Under the pieces are notes generated by a model that was given only the letters and a program-made list of their open reading frames with translations, was not told the DNA's origin and made no database searches. Positions 22,351 to 34,170 of a stretch of 64,000 bases of DNA are shown piece after piece; the stretch's first letter is position 1, and each line of letters opens with the position of its first letter. Origin of the DNA: Camelus ferus (lineage: Eukaryota); assembly GCF_009834535.1 (NCBI RefSeq), contig NC_045727.1, forward strand, positions 10,416,001 through 10,480,000, in the 5' to 3' direction. The translations under genes and the position numbers were made by a program.

Positions 22351-22689
22351 ACATATTTCACACCCTCCTTTCAGGAAAAAATGATCATTCCTCCAAAATG
22401 CTTAGGCAATTTTCTGGTCCATTTCAATGAGAATTAGCCTTCTGGGAATTTAGGGACCAGACATTTCTTGCATAAAGTTCGAATAAAAACACTGAAACGC
22501 GTATATAATGAGATTTTCTGAAGAGTGTGTTTTTGTTTATAATGTGGAAGCATACGCGGCGATTATTTGCAAGCTATTGGAATTCCAAGGCCTTCCAATT
22601 CCGAAGTGCTGGAATTTTTCACGGTTAGCGGGAACGCGCGCCCTTGAGTCCCTCCACCACAGTGCCCCCTGGCGCCCACAGCCTAGACA

Positions 22690-22897
22690 CGCAGGGCCAG
22701 AGCGGGGCGGGACGAACACTACAACTCCCATAGGGCAGCATGCTCGGATGACGTCATCACGGAGCGCGGGCCGGCCTGGCTCCTCCGTTGGTCGGCTGAC
22801 TCCTCCATTGGTCGGCTGCCTCAGGGGCCTGCGCAGCTGGCGAGCCCCGCCCCCCGCCCGTGACGCGCCGCTCCGCTGGGGAAGTGCTGGGATAGCG
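22690..22897 (+). promoter_or_regulatory. ESS2 CpG-island promoter
   Basis: GC box; ZNF143/THAP11-type ACTACAACTCCCA 22718-22730; perfect CRE TGACGTCA 22749-22756; inverted CCAAT ATTGG 22807-22811. Confidence 0.8.
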
Positions 22898-25800
22898 ATG
22901 GAGACGCCCGGCTCGCCGGCCCGGGCACTGCAGCTGTCCGCCGCGTCAGGGCCCCGGAGGAAGCGCGCGGCGGGCGAGGCGGGGGCTGTGACGAGCAGGC
23001 AGCGGGTCCTGGACGAGGAGGAGTACATCGAGGTGGGACTCGGCGCCGACGCCCGCGTCTCCTGGGCTCCCCGCCCCCGCTCCCCAGGGTCCCAACACCC
23101 TCGTCTCCTCGAGGAGGTGGAAGAGTCGAGTCCCTGCGTCGGGGTGTGGACAGTCGGAGGGCCAGACAAACACAGGGCGGAGCGAGGTGTCCTTGCAGTC
23201 GGGGAAGGGGGTGGATGTGTTTGTATGATGTGGGGGTCAGGAGAGCAGGGTGTTAGTGAAGCATCAGTAGGAACTTGGGAGGACGCGGCCAAGAGCGTTT
23301 CCTGGAGAGCTGTCAGAGCAAGTGCTAAGACCAGGGGTTCTGGAAACAGGCTGCCACTAGTGGCAGCATCGAGTGGTTGGGCCTCCCAGAATCCTTGAAG
23401 TAGATCTTAATCCTACCGCAAACCCTCGGGGGGAGGAGCTGGCACGGGGCTCGGAGGCAGTCGCTTAAGTTTGGGAGGTCTCTGGGACATGCAGGCAGGT
23501 GGCATGAGTGGACAGCTGGATGCACAGAGAAGCAGCTCAAGAGCAAGGTCCAGCTGGAGGTGCAGAGCTGGGGATGTCAGCCAGTGCTGGTGGTGGGGGT
23601 GACAGGCAGAAGTTGTCCAGATAAAGGGTTCAGATTGGGAATAGGAGGTCACAGGTGGAATGAGGTGCCAGTGCCCACACTGGTCCAGCTGGTGGGGAGG
23701 TGGAGCCAGCAGAGGAGCTAGAGAATGACAGGTTAGTGAGGGAGCAGGAAGGCTTTGCAAGTGTCCCCCAGCTCTGGGGATCGTTGGGCTGGACAGAGGT
23801 TGGGGGCCTCAGCTTGTACATCGTGAACTGAGACGCAGGGGAGAGGCAGACGGAAGCTCTGATGGGTGTCCTGATGCCTCCTTCAGGGTCTCCAGACTGT
23901 CATCCAGAGGGACTTTTTTCCCGATGTGGAAAAGCTGCAGGCTCAGAAGGAGTACCTGGAGGCAGAGGAGAGCGGGGACCTGGAACGGATGCGCCAAATT
24001 GCCATCAAGTTTGGCTCTGCCCTGGGCAAGATGTCCCGGGAGCCCCCGCCGCCCTGTAAGAGAACTCCCATGGTGTGGGCAGGGCGGGGGCTCCACTGAA
24101 CTGTTGTCTCAGGCTTTCTCTAACCCCCTACCCTTCTCTTCCCCGAGACGTGACTCCAGCCACGTTTGAAACCCCCGAGGTGCACACAGGCCCCGGGGTG
24201 GTGGGTAACAAGGCCCGGGGCCGGGGCCGTGTCCTGGAGGATGGCGATGGTAAGTGAACATCCTCCTTCTGTCTCACTGCTAGGTTTGCCCAAGAACCTG
24301 ATCCTGTTGGGCTCTGGGGTGTCCAGGGGCAGAACACATCTTGTCCCCGGGGTCTCTTAGCCAAAATGGCGACCTGTGGGGTCTAGGAGCACTGGTCTGG
24401 CAGGCAGATCTGAGTCACAGCTCCCAGTAATGGGGAGTCCTCTGAGTCTGCAGTGTGGGAGTCTCAGCTCCCCTCTCCCTGCCCTGCTCGCTGTATGCCC
24501 GCCCCTGCCCGGTGGGCATCCTGGGCCTCAGAGAGCTCCTTCCCTTGCTGTTTCTTTAAGATGCCTCGGGGTTTCGTGGTTGCATCTCCCAAGCTGGTCC
24601 CTCTCCTGGGCGACTGCTCAGCCAGCCAGCTCCTCCTCTTCCTTCAGGTCTCTGCTCAGACGCTGCCCGTTGGGGAAGCCTTCCTGACTACCCAGCGTAA
24701 AGTCACGTCAGCCCTGCACTCTGTGCATTGCTGCCTGGTTCTGTTTTCTCACCTGAGGACACATTTTAAAAGGCATTTCTGTTTGTATACCACCTCTCTC
24801 TGCGAGAGCGGTTTCCCTTGCTCTGTCTGCATGGCCTACACCTAGAACAGTGCACGCCGACCGTCTCCAGCACGATCCTGGGGTGTAATGATTCACCTGG
24901 ACTTTTGCGGGGAGCCTTTCCCAGAAAGAGTCCCGTGAATACAGTGCACAGTGGTCCCTGGGCTCCTCCCAGTCGCTGCTTTGTCAGCGGTGGGATGTGT
25001 GCATGTGGACAGAGGTGCGCTTGCTTACCCAGGCTCACATCCATGGCACACATGCCTCTGCTCGCACACTGACCTGATGTTTCCTGCTTCAGAACCCCGC
25101 CTTCCACCATCTGCACAGCATCCTGGTGTCCTTGGAGCTTGGTTCTCCGTTGTAGCATGGCATGTGAATCATAGGCAGTTGGCAGAGTCTTTTCTGTCAC
25201 GTGTTACTTGTTAGAGGATCCAGGAGTCATCTCAATAATCTGAGCGTAGATACCGTGTCATTCAGGTCACAGGCGAAGCCACCAAGGCCCCAGGAGGCAG
25301 TAACTTCTGCAGGACTCAGGGTTATTGGTCGTGGGATGGGGTCTGAGTGCCCATTTTTCTCACACTAGTCTTGAACTTTCAGCCACCGTGCTTTGTGTGT
25401 GGTCTAGCAGGTGGTAAGTGAACGAGAAACTGCTGGTGGGGAGAAGAGGCAGACCCCTAGCGTGCCCCCCCCACCCCCACGGTCTGCGCTGCACCACCTC
25501 AGTGGGGTGCCCTTTCACTGCTGGTTGCCAGGGTGGCCTGGGTTGTGGCCCAGTGCCTTTGACTGTTCCTCCCCACCACTGTCACTGCTAGAATAAAGAG
25601 GGTCTTTGCCTTTAGGTCTACAAGCAGGTCACAAAGCTTAGGTGACAGTCACTCACGTGTGGCACAGGGACTAGGAAGAGAGGACATCCCAGGGACAGAG
25701 GGACAGCCCAGGGCTCTGGAGGGCTGGCATGGGTTTGGCAGGGTTAGACCCGCGTGGTCCTCCTGCCCAAAGGCTTACTACTGCCTCCCAGTCTAGGTCA

Positions 25801-28800
25801 GAGACCACACTTCATTGGCATCCAACAGAGGAGGGGCCCCTGAGGACACTGGGCAGCTGGGCGGGAGGGATTCCACCCCAGGTAGGGGTAGTCTGGCAGG
25901 GCGAGCTCTCCCCGGATGGACCCGCAGGGTTCCAGCCCTGCTCACAGGGGAGTGCGGATCCCAGGACTGGGTCACTGAAGCTTATGCCGTTGGCTGTTGT
26001 GTGTCCCCCCGCCCCCTGTGCAGGAGAGGCTGGAGAGGAGGAGGAGAAGGAGCCCCTGCCCAGTCTGGACGTCTTCCTGAGCCGGTACACGAGCGAGGAC
26101 AACGCCTCCTTCCAGGAGATCATGGAGGTGGCCAAGGAGAAGAGCCGGGCGCGCCATGCCTGGCTCTACCAGGCCGAGGAGGCGTTTGAGAAGGTGTCCC
26201 TGGGTGTAGGGGCGGAGGTGCCCTCCCTTGGGGTCGGAGGGTCCCAGAGTCTGTCTGACCCCACATCCCCTCGCGGCACAGAGGCAGAGAGAGAGTCTCG
26301 CACTCCCGTCGGCAGAGCACCAGGCCATCGAGAGCGGCCCGGCTGGCGTGGAGACCTGGAAGTACAAGGCCAGGAACTCCCTCATGTACTACCCCGAGGG
26401 TGAGAGGGGGGACGTCTGGTCAGGGGGGTCCTGGTCCTACCCTGAGGGTGAGCGGGGGCACATGAGATCAGAGGGCATCCTGGTCCTACTCCGAGGGTGA
26501 GCAGGGGAGCGTAGGGTCAGGGGGGTGGTCCTGGTCCATCTCCCCAGTTCTGTCCAGGCTGTTCTCCGTGGAGAAGTGCTTTTCCTGAGGCCCTGAGCCA
26601 GGGTTGGAGGGGGCCCTGCCCTTCCTGATGCCACGGCGTCCCTGCTTCGTCTCCAGGTGTCCCTGATGAGGAACAGTTGTTCAAGAAGCCCCGGCAGGTG
26701 GTGCACAAGAACACCCGTTTCCTCCGGGATCCCTTCAGCCAGGCGCTCAGCAGGTCCCAGCTGCAGCAGGCTGCCGCCCTCAATGCCCAGGTGCGCGCGG
26801 GGCCACTGTGGTATCACCACCTCTCTGTCTCACTGACTGTCTTTGGGCTTAGCAGAGCATGGCCGCACGGGGGTGCTCGGGGTTCCTGTGTGGCAGGGTC
26901 TGGAGTCTTTTCTCAATCTGTAGGGGCTTCCATTGGCTACTGTCTCAATCAGACACGTATGGGTTGGACCTGTGCCAGCTCCTTGGGAGGCAAGGGTATG
27001 AGAGGAGAAGGGCAGTTGGCAGCCAGCCCAGGCTGGCCCGGGGGCGGACAGTGAGAGGATGGGCTGAGGGTGGCGGATGGCAGAGGTTTCTGTCCCCGGG
27101 AGTTACTGTGCAGCAGTGGCTTTGGTGGTCAAGGGGCCCAAGGGGACAGGCAGGAGGTGGGAAGGCTGTTTTGGAGGCTTTTCCAGGGTCCTAGTGGGAG
27201 AGATCAGAGCACAGGTGCCCTGCTTAGCATAGCCTCTGCGGGGCCTGACGTCAGGAGCCCCTGAAGATGGCACCCATGGGGTGTGGCCAACGCCCCGGCC
27301 CTGCACTGCCCTGTCCTGCCCTGCGCAGCAGGAGGGGAGCCTCCCTCCTTTCCCTTGGGGCTGCCCGGGGTGGGCAGGTGACCAGTATGTTTCTATGCTC
27401 CCCTCCGCGGCCAGGGAGAGTGGGCTGAGCCCCTGACACTGCCTCTCTTCTCGTTCCAGCACAAACAGGGCAAGGTGGGCCCAGATGGCAAGGAGCTAAT
27501 CCCCCAGGAATCCCCCCGAGTAGGCGGATTTGGATTTGTGGCTACCCCTTCTCCTGCCCCTGGTGAGAAGCGTGCCCGCCAGCAAGCTGGCCTGCTGCTG
27601 GGATGGCCTGGGGGGAGGTGGGCTGCCTGGCTGACCCCAGCCACTTCTGGTGCTCCCTGGGTCTGCCCTGTGCCTATGTGACTTGGACCCGGGGTCCCAT
27701 CTGTGTGATGCCAGGGCTGAGCGGGACTGGGGATGGGCTGGACTCTCAGGCAGGCCCCACCTGAGACGCAGGGCCAGCTGGTCTAGCTGGGTGGTCCTTG
27801 TGCCTTGCCTGGGCACCTGAGTGCAGCAGGACAGACTGGCAGGAGCAGCCCCAGGGCCTCAGAGGGTGGCCAGACTGGGGCCTGGAGTGTGGGGAGTCCC
27901 ATGGGCGCCAGGCAGGTTTTGACTCATGTAAGATGTGTGTGGAAGCTGAGCTTGGTCTGCAGGAGGTTGGGTTCACCTCGGGCCTCAAGAGGTCCTGCAG
28001 GGCTGGGTGTCCCCGTCAGTCCTGGGGTGGCATTTCCTCGTTCTAGGTCTCATGTCAGCAGGTGTGTGGCACTTACAAATTAAACCCAGGGTGCACTGCA
28101 GGCTCGTGAGATTCAGAGTGGCCTCGGGCCTGTGCTGGTCTCTGTACTCTGGGGCCCCGGGGCGCTGGTGGCTGCGATGTGGCCAGGGCTTGTGAAGGCA
28201 CTGTGGGCTTGGCCAGGCTGCTTGGAGGTGTGGGAGCCCTGGAAGCCCCCATGAGTTTTCTCCCTTGGGGTGGGGTCCCCTGAGTGGCTCTGCTTCAGGC
28301 CCGCAGTGGCCTGGGTTCCGGCATCCTGGAGAGAAGGCCACCTGCCAGCTTTGGGGCTTGCGAGCTGGGCCCCCCCCCCCGTCCCTGGCCTGAGGTGGCT
28401 GTGGGCTCTCCGCCTGCAGGTGTGAACGAGTCCCCGCTGATGACCTGGGGGGAGGTCGAGAACACGCCCTTGAGAGTCGAAGGATCCGAGACGCCCTGCG
28501 TGGACAGGACACCAGGACCAGCCTTCAAGGTGAGTCCTGGTGAGGTCCCTGCCAGCACGGATGGGGCCTGGCATGGACACAGGGCCTTCGAAGTACCCAT
28601 AGCTCAGTACACAGAGGGCCCAGCTGCCCCCCGCTCATGTCCAGGCCGCACACCTATGTGAGCTCTGTGCTTCTGCGTAGGATCCGGCACCAAGGACAGG
28701 TGTGGCATGTGGGTGTGTTGAGGAAGGACTTGGGGTGGAGTGTGGGCAGGGCACCAAGGTTGGGAGCTGCTGCAGGCCCTCTGAGCCTGCAGGCCTGGAG

Positions 28801-31173
28801 GACGGGGCCGTCCAAAGATGAGGGGTGTGCAGAGGCGGGCCAGGAGCTCCGACTGCGCTGCAGGCCTGAGGGCCCCAGCATTCTGGGGGACGCGGTTTGT
28901 GTCCTCAAGGGCTGTGTGCTTGCAGGTGAGGCCTGTGGTGTGGCCCAGCCCAGCATTGTCTTGAGTGGTGAGACATGGGGTTCTCAAGGCCTGGGGCAGG
29001 GAGGGAGGCCCTTTGTGGGTGAGCGGGAAAGCTGGGTGGCAGGTGGTCTCTAGGGATGCAGTGGTCCCGGAAGGTGTGGACGCGTGGGCAGGCAAGGGGG
29101 GCCCTAGTGCCACGTAGGAAGGAGGTACCCTGGTCTGCACACCGTTTGTGGGGAAACTGAGTGACTGGCCTAGTTTGGAGGGGGAAGGGGAGGTCAGGAT
29201 GCTGGGGTGCTGCCATGTCCGGGGGTCGCTGGGGCAGAGGTTGATGGTGTGGTAGAGAACAAGGGGCGCAGGGTCATATCAACTGTTTGGAAACCCCAAA
29301 GAATTGGGCATTGAATCTGAAGTTAACATAGGTCTGCAAAGGGTCAGGGTCGTGGGTCCCTTCAGGCACTGGGGTGACAGATCTGAAATATAGAGGAAAA
29401 AGCATCAGTCACCACAGCTCAGAAAGTGTGATCACTGGGAGAGACTCAACTTCAGAGAGGAAGCCCAGACCTGCGGGGCGGTGACGCAGGGAGAGCGGGG
29501 CGCGGGGGAGGCGCATGTCCAGACATCGTGTGCTGGACCCGGGCACCATGGTTCTCAGTGTCTGGGGCGTGGGGACAGCAGAGAGGAGCCTGCGGCAGTG
29601 TGGAGGGGGCGGGGGCGGGGGGCAGTGATGTTGGGCGTGGAGCCCTCCTGGCAGGCGTGTCAGGACTGAGCCGAGGTAGAGGAGGCAGCTCACGCTATGA
29701 GGGCTATTTGGAAATAAAGTAAACCGGGTCCTTCATGTGCTACGCAGGTGGAGTTCCAGCAAGATGGAGAGGTTAAATACACAAACAGTGACTGTAAAAC
29801 TTCAGCATAAAATACCAGTCAGCGTTTAATCTGACATTAAGGCGGGAGAGACTTTGTAAACGTAACAGCGAAGGGAAAAGTCACAAAGGAAGTGGGAGCT
29901 GGATTACGCTACGTGAAGGTGTCAGCTTTAAGTACAGCAACAAACCTCAGAAGTGAACCTTAGAGTGACTGGAAAGAAGCTATTGTTAATGATGTTAACA
30001 CAGTCAATGGAGATGAAGCTTCTGTAGGTGGGAAAGGAAAGGAAAAACCAGGATAAACACCCCAATAGAAACGCAGGCCCAGGATGTCCTCAGGTTCTTT
30101 AAAAAATTAGGGAAAGTCAGTAAAGGCAGAGCCACTTGCTCTGGCCATCCAAAGGAAGCGGATCAAAACAAGACCCCTTTCCTGAAGGGTGGCTGCAGGT
30201 CCCGGACTGGGCAGTGGCAACTGGGCAAGGGGGCAGGCCCTGGGTGGGAGGGCAGCTTGGGCTGGCTTTCCAGGGTCTTTCAGCGGCCAACAACCATGGC
30301 TTGTTGGGATGGCGGCAGCCACAGCAAGAGGCCGCTGCCCCCAGCCGCGTGGACTGCCTGGCATGGGGCAGGCTGCCCAGGCCACCCACACACCTGCTCT
30401 TTCAGATCTTGGAGCCTGGCCGCAGAGAGCGGCTGGGGCTGAAGATGGCCAACGAAGCTGCCGCCAAGAACCGGGCCAAGAAGCAGGAGGCCCTGCGGAG
30501 AGTGACGGAGAACCTGGCCAGGTGAGGGGCGGCCTTGCCGTGCTGGGGTCTCTCCCTGCCCTGCCTGCCTGGCCCCCCACAGCCTGGACACGCTTAGAAC
30601 CAGGGTGTGGGGGGTCCTGCGGTGGTCCCTCTGGTCCAGAATGCAGCCCTTTCCACTGGTCTCCAACTGCCTCCTGGGCTCATTGTCCCCTCCGAGCTCC
30701 TGTCCACCTTGTTGGGTCGGTGTCATCGCTGCCCCTGGAGAGGGTTGGGGGCCACACCCTTGACCTCAGGTTTGGCCTCACTCTTGTGTGCCAGGCTGTC
30801 CAGGGTCCCCAGCCCAGAATGACCACACATCTCCCTCCTGTGGGGGCGCCCGGTTGGGCCTAACCTGCCTCTCTCGCCCCCTTTCCACCACAGCCTCACT
30901 CCCAAAGGCCTGAGCCCGGCCATGTCACCAGCCCTGCAGCGCCTTGTGAGCAGGACGGCCAGCAAGTACACGGACCGGGCCCTGCGGGCCAGCTACACAC
31001 CATCCCCTGCTCGCTCCACCCATCTCAAGACCCCAGCCGGCGGGCCACAGACCCCGACAGGCACACCGGCTCCAGGCTCTGCCACACGCACCCCTCTCAG
31101 CCAGGACCCAGCCTGCATTACGGACAACTTGCTTCAGCTCCCGGCCCGGCGCAAAGCCTCCGACTTCTTCTAG
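22898..31173 (+). CDS. ESS2: Splicing factor ESS-2 homolog (DGCR14/ES2), 478 aa
   Basis: Exons 22898-23032, 23887-24055, 24148-24249, 26024-26193, 26282-26399, 26657-26790, 27460-27562, 28420-28529, 30406-30521, 30894-31173 (1437 nt, phases consistent). METPGSP...RVLDEEEYIE|GLQTVIQRDFFPDVEKLQAQKEYLEAEE...ITDNLLQLPARRKASDFF. Confidence 0.97.
26388..26537 (+). repeat. 48-49 nt minisatellite (about 3 copies) containing the ESS2 exon 5 end and 5' splice site
   Basis: TAC-CCC-GAG-G|GTGAGA (GT at 26400), TAC-CCT-GAG-G|GTGAGC (GT at 26448), TAC-TCC-GAG-G|GTGAGC (GT at 26497). Each unit carries gtcagrggg..tcctggtcc. Confidence 0.85.
29740..30110 (+). mobile_element. Ancient L1 ORF2 3' fragment in ESS2 intron 8
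   Basis: A-rich, with ctttgtaaacgtaacagcgaagggaaaagtcacaaagga...ctacgtgaaggtgtcagctttaagtacagcaa resembling L1ME. Confidence 0.45.
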
Positions 31174-31388
31174 GGCCAGGCCTGTGCTGAGCCCACAGGC
31201 AGCTCTCTGCCTAGCAGAGGACTCCGGCTTTCTGGAGACCCAGGCTTGGGCCAGAAGCAGTGAGCGTCCGGGAGCCACAGAGGGAAGGTGCCAGGCTGGC
31301 AAGGGATCGTCCCCGTGGCCCTCGGGGTGCACCTCAGGCCCCACTGATATGTTTCTACTGCACCCCTGCCTGTTTGTATTTAACCGTC

Positions 31389-31394
31389 AGTAAA
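31389..31394 (+). terminator. Variant poly(A) signal AGTAAA of ESS2
   Basis: AGTAAA about 215 nt after the stop, preceded by the U-rich tgtttgtattta. Confidence 0.5.
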
Positions 31395-32729
31395 GAGCAC
31401 GCACAGTCTGCCAGGCTGCCTCCCCACCCTGCCGCCTGCACGCAGGGGCCTCATGCCTGCACCACACACCCTGGACGGCTGGCCTCCTGGAGAGGAGGCC
31501 GCTGGGTGGGGTGACCCTTGGAGGCCAGGGTGTCTGGGCCATCCTGCCACCGCCTACATTGCTCCCTGAGGTCCCCCTGGGGCTCGGGACCTGCCTTCTG
31601 AGCCAAGCTCCTAGCCCCTTGGCTCCCCCACCACCGTTCTCCCCCTCTGAGGGAGGGGTGGGGCCCTTGCAAGTTGTGCCTCCTCATTCATCTGGGGTTC
31701 TGGGCCCGGGTCCGCAGCCTCTGGCCGGGCCTGGCCTGTGTGGTTTGCTGGCGGCCAGGCTGTATGTGAGGCTGCTCCCTCAACAGGAAGCACCTTCCCA
31801 GGGCCTCAGCCATCACCTCCCAGGTACCTGGCTTCCGGCTTAGGGTGGGGGCAGGGCTGTCCCCATCTCCTCCACCTACCTCCGCCTGCCACATGCTGCC
31901 TCGTCCCCAGCCTCACTGTGTTGTCATCCAGCAGCGGAAGCCCCAGTCACAGTAACCTGGGCTGTAGGGCCAGAAGCAGTGCGGCTGGGCTTCATGTGGA
32001 CGTCAGAGCACCTGTGCACCCCAGCAGGCACTTGCCTGGGGGTGTACCCTCCTGGGTCCCACCCCCCAACCCCGGCCCAGGGGCTTGGGGCCAGCTCTTC
32101 ACAGGGAGGTGGGCTGCTTCTAGATGTGTCTCTTTAGGCCTCGGGTGGGTGGAGTTGTGCTCAGAGAAGAGTCTCTCCTGCTTTGAGCATGTGCAGCTCT
32201 GCTCCAGGCCATCCTCATGCTCCCTGGAGGCTGCCTAGGTGCCTGCTGGCCCCCAGGAAGTGGGGAGGCAGGGGCCTGGGGGGGGTGGAGGGGAGGGTCA
32301 CATAGTGGGCACAGTCCAGGCAGGGCCACCCAAGGCCAGGTGCTGACCACCCTGAGTGCTTGGCTGGCACGTGGGGAGTGTGCAGGGGTAGCAGGGGCGG
32401 GTGACAAAGTGGTGTGGGCCACGGGAGCAGGGGCAGGGGCAGGGAGGGAGCGCTGCTGAAAGGCTTTGGCTTCATGGTCTCCCACCCCAACCGTGGGATG
32501 GAAGGGAGTGGCGTCCAGGAGGGTCTCCTGAGGGCAGGGCCGGAGTTGGTAGGGGGAGGCACTGGGCTGGACAGGTCAGGGAGACCCGTGGGGGCCTGGC
32601 AGGTGGGCCGCCGGGACTCCCCTTGCCCACAGGCCTCACTAGGAGTCCGCCTGGGCCCCGCGCCGCAGGGAGGGTGGCTGCTGAGTCCTAGAGAAAAAGA
32701 CTCCTCGTGGGGCTGTATGCATTCTGCGG

Positions 32730-32735
32730 TTTATT
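32730..32735 (-). terminator. AATAAA poly(A) signal of TSSK2
   Basis: TTTATT on + about 180 nt past the TSSK2 stop. Confidence 0.75.
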
Positions 32736-32911
32736 TCTGGTCAGGAATGAACGTCTTTGCTACTAAGTGGAAGAAAGCTAATGGAACGTAATCAAAATAG
32801 TGGTTTAATTGACGGATTTTACTTGTTCTTGCACCTGTGCCTTCTTCAGCTCCTACCTCCTACTGAGCTCATGGGCGCTCAGCGCGCCACGCCCCCCGGG
32901 CCCTCTGCACA

Positions 32912-34000
32912 CTAGGTGCTTGCCTTCCCCACCTCGGCTCCGGAGACGTGGTGGTCCTTCGCCCTGGAGGTCTCGGCCAGCCGGTCCTCCAGACGGTCCT
33001 CCAGCCGGTCCTCATTCTCAGGCACCACCAGCAGCCGGTGCTGGGTCTTGGCCCCCAGCTTGTGCTCGGGCCGGTGCTCAGGCCGTGAGCCTGGCCGGGT
33101 GTCCAGCTTGCACTCGGCCCGGTACTTGCCCTCGCCCTCCCTCTTGAAGGAGGCCGAAGACATGGCTTTGGGCTTGGGGGGCTGCAGCCACGCGTGGCTG
33201 AGGATATCGTCAATGTGCAGCCGCCTGCTGACGTCAGGCTGCAAGATGCGGTAGATGAGGTCCTTGCACTCACCCGTCAAGTGCTTGGAGCGCGGGAAAT
33301 CCACACGGTGCTCCTTTTGGACGCGCAGCATCTTCTTGATGTCAGAGTCGTCGTACGGCATGGAGCCACAGACCATGATGTAGAGGATGACACCCAGGCT
33401 CCAAATGTCGTACACCTTGGGCTGGTAGGGGATGCCCTGCAGCACCTCAGGGGCCGCATACGCTGCCGATCCACAGAAGGTCTTGCTGAGGACAATGCGG
33501 CCGCTGCCGTCCCGCAGGCAGCGCTTGGAGAAGCCGAAGTCGGACAGCTTGATGTTGAAGTCCTTGTCAAGGAGAAGGTTCTCACACTTGAGGTCTCGGT
33601 GGACGACATCTAGGTCGTGGCAGTACTTGACGGCCGAGGACAGCTGCCGGAACATCTTGCGCGCTGTGTCCTCGTGCAGGGCGCCTCGGCACTTGATGAA
33701 CTCCAGGAGGTCGCCCTGGACCCCGAGCTCCATGACGATGTAGATGCGCCCATCTGAGGTCTCAAAGATCTCGTAGGTCTTGATGATGGAGCGGTGGTTG
33801 ACGGTCGCCAGGATGTCCATCTCCCGGGGAAGGAATCTCTCCACAAAGTCGGTGGGTGTCTTCTTGCGGTCGATGATCTTGACCGCCACGTTGAACTTGA
33901 GGCGCTCGGAGTAGGCGGACTTGACTTTGGCGTAGGAGCCCTTGCCCAGGTTGATGCCCACGATGTAACCCTTCTTCCTCAGGACCGCGGCATCGTCCAT
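32912..34000 (-). CDS. TSSK2: Testis-specific serine/threonine kinase 2, intronless, 362 aa
   Basis: ATG in ACCATGG context. [41 protein letters not shown]...HRDLKCEN...DFG...[14 protein letters not shown]...[13 protein letters not shown]. The first 8 residues in the ORF track start at a GTG and are not counted. Confidence 0.97.
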   Translation of the reverse strand: MDDAAVLRKKGYIVGINLGKGSYAKVKSAYSERLKFNVAVKIIDRKKTPTDFVERFLPREMDILATVNHRSIIKTYEIFETSDGRIYIVMELGVQGDLLEFIKCRGALHEDTARKMFRQLSSAVKYCHDLDVVHRDLKCENLLLDKDFNIKLSDFGFSKRCLRDGSGRIVLSKTFCGSAAYAAPEVLQGIPYQPKVYDIWSLGVILYIMVCGSMPYDDSDIKKMLRVQKEHRVDFPRSKHLTGECKDLIYRILQPDVSRRLHIDDILSHAWLQPPKPKAMSSASFKREGEGKYRAECKLDTRPGSRPEHRPEHKLGAKTQHRLLVVPENEDRLEDRLEDRLAETSRAKDHHVSGAEVGKAST

Positions 34001-34130
34001 GGTGCCCGGAGCGGCCGGCGCCACTTCCCTCTACATCCCCTCCCCACGCGGGCCAGCGGGCATTGTCCTCATTTGCACTATGGGGAGCCGTCTGGCCAGG
34101 CTGGGCCTGCGCTTGGAGGTGTGGAACGCC

Positions 34131-34170
34131 CAGCATTGTCCCCGCATGACTTCAGCCTGTGAAGTCACAA
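34131..34170 (-). promoter_or_regulatory. SOX-like site plus inverted CRE-like pair upstream of TSSK2
   Basis: CATTGT 34134-34139; TGACTTCA 34147-34154, 5-nt spacer, TGAAGTCA 34160-34167; the same module lies upstream of TSSK1. Confidence 0.6.

Noticed and set aside
22577-22588. Short perfect palindromes TTGGAATTCCAA (also GATCGGCCGATC at 10077-10088)
   Set aside because: A few 12-bp palindromes are expected by chance in 64 kb; no supporting context.
22508-22897. In-frame upstream ATGs (22508, 22748) that would extend ESS2 by 130 or 50 aa, with TATATAA at 22502
   Set aside because: They lie within or upstream of the promoter motifs (one is inside the CRE), so are probably not in the mRNA. 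Homologs start at METPG.
25592-25597. Sense-strand AATAAA in ESS2 intron 3 (another at 29713-29718 in intron 8)
   Set aside because: Isolated hexamers are expected by chance; nothing else indicates intronic polyadenylation.
34001-34024. MAPAAPGT N-terminal extension of TSSK2 in the ORF track
   Set aside because: Begins at GTG. The ACCATGG at 34000 matches the conserved MDDAAV start.
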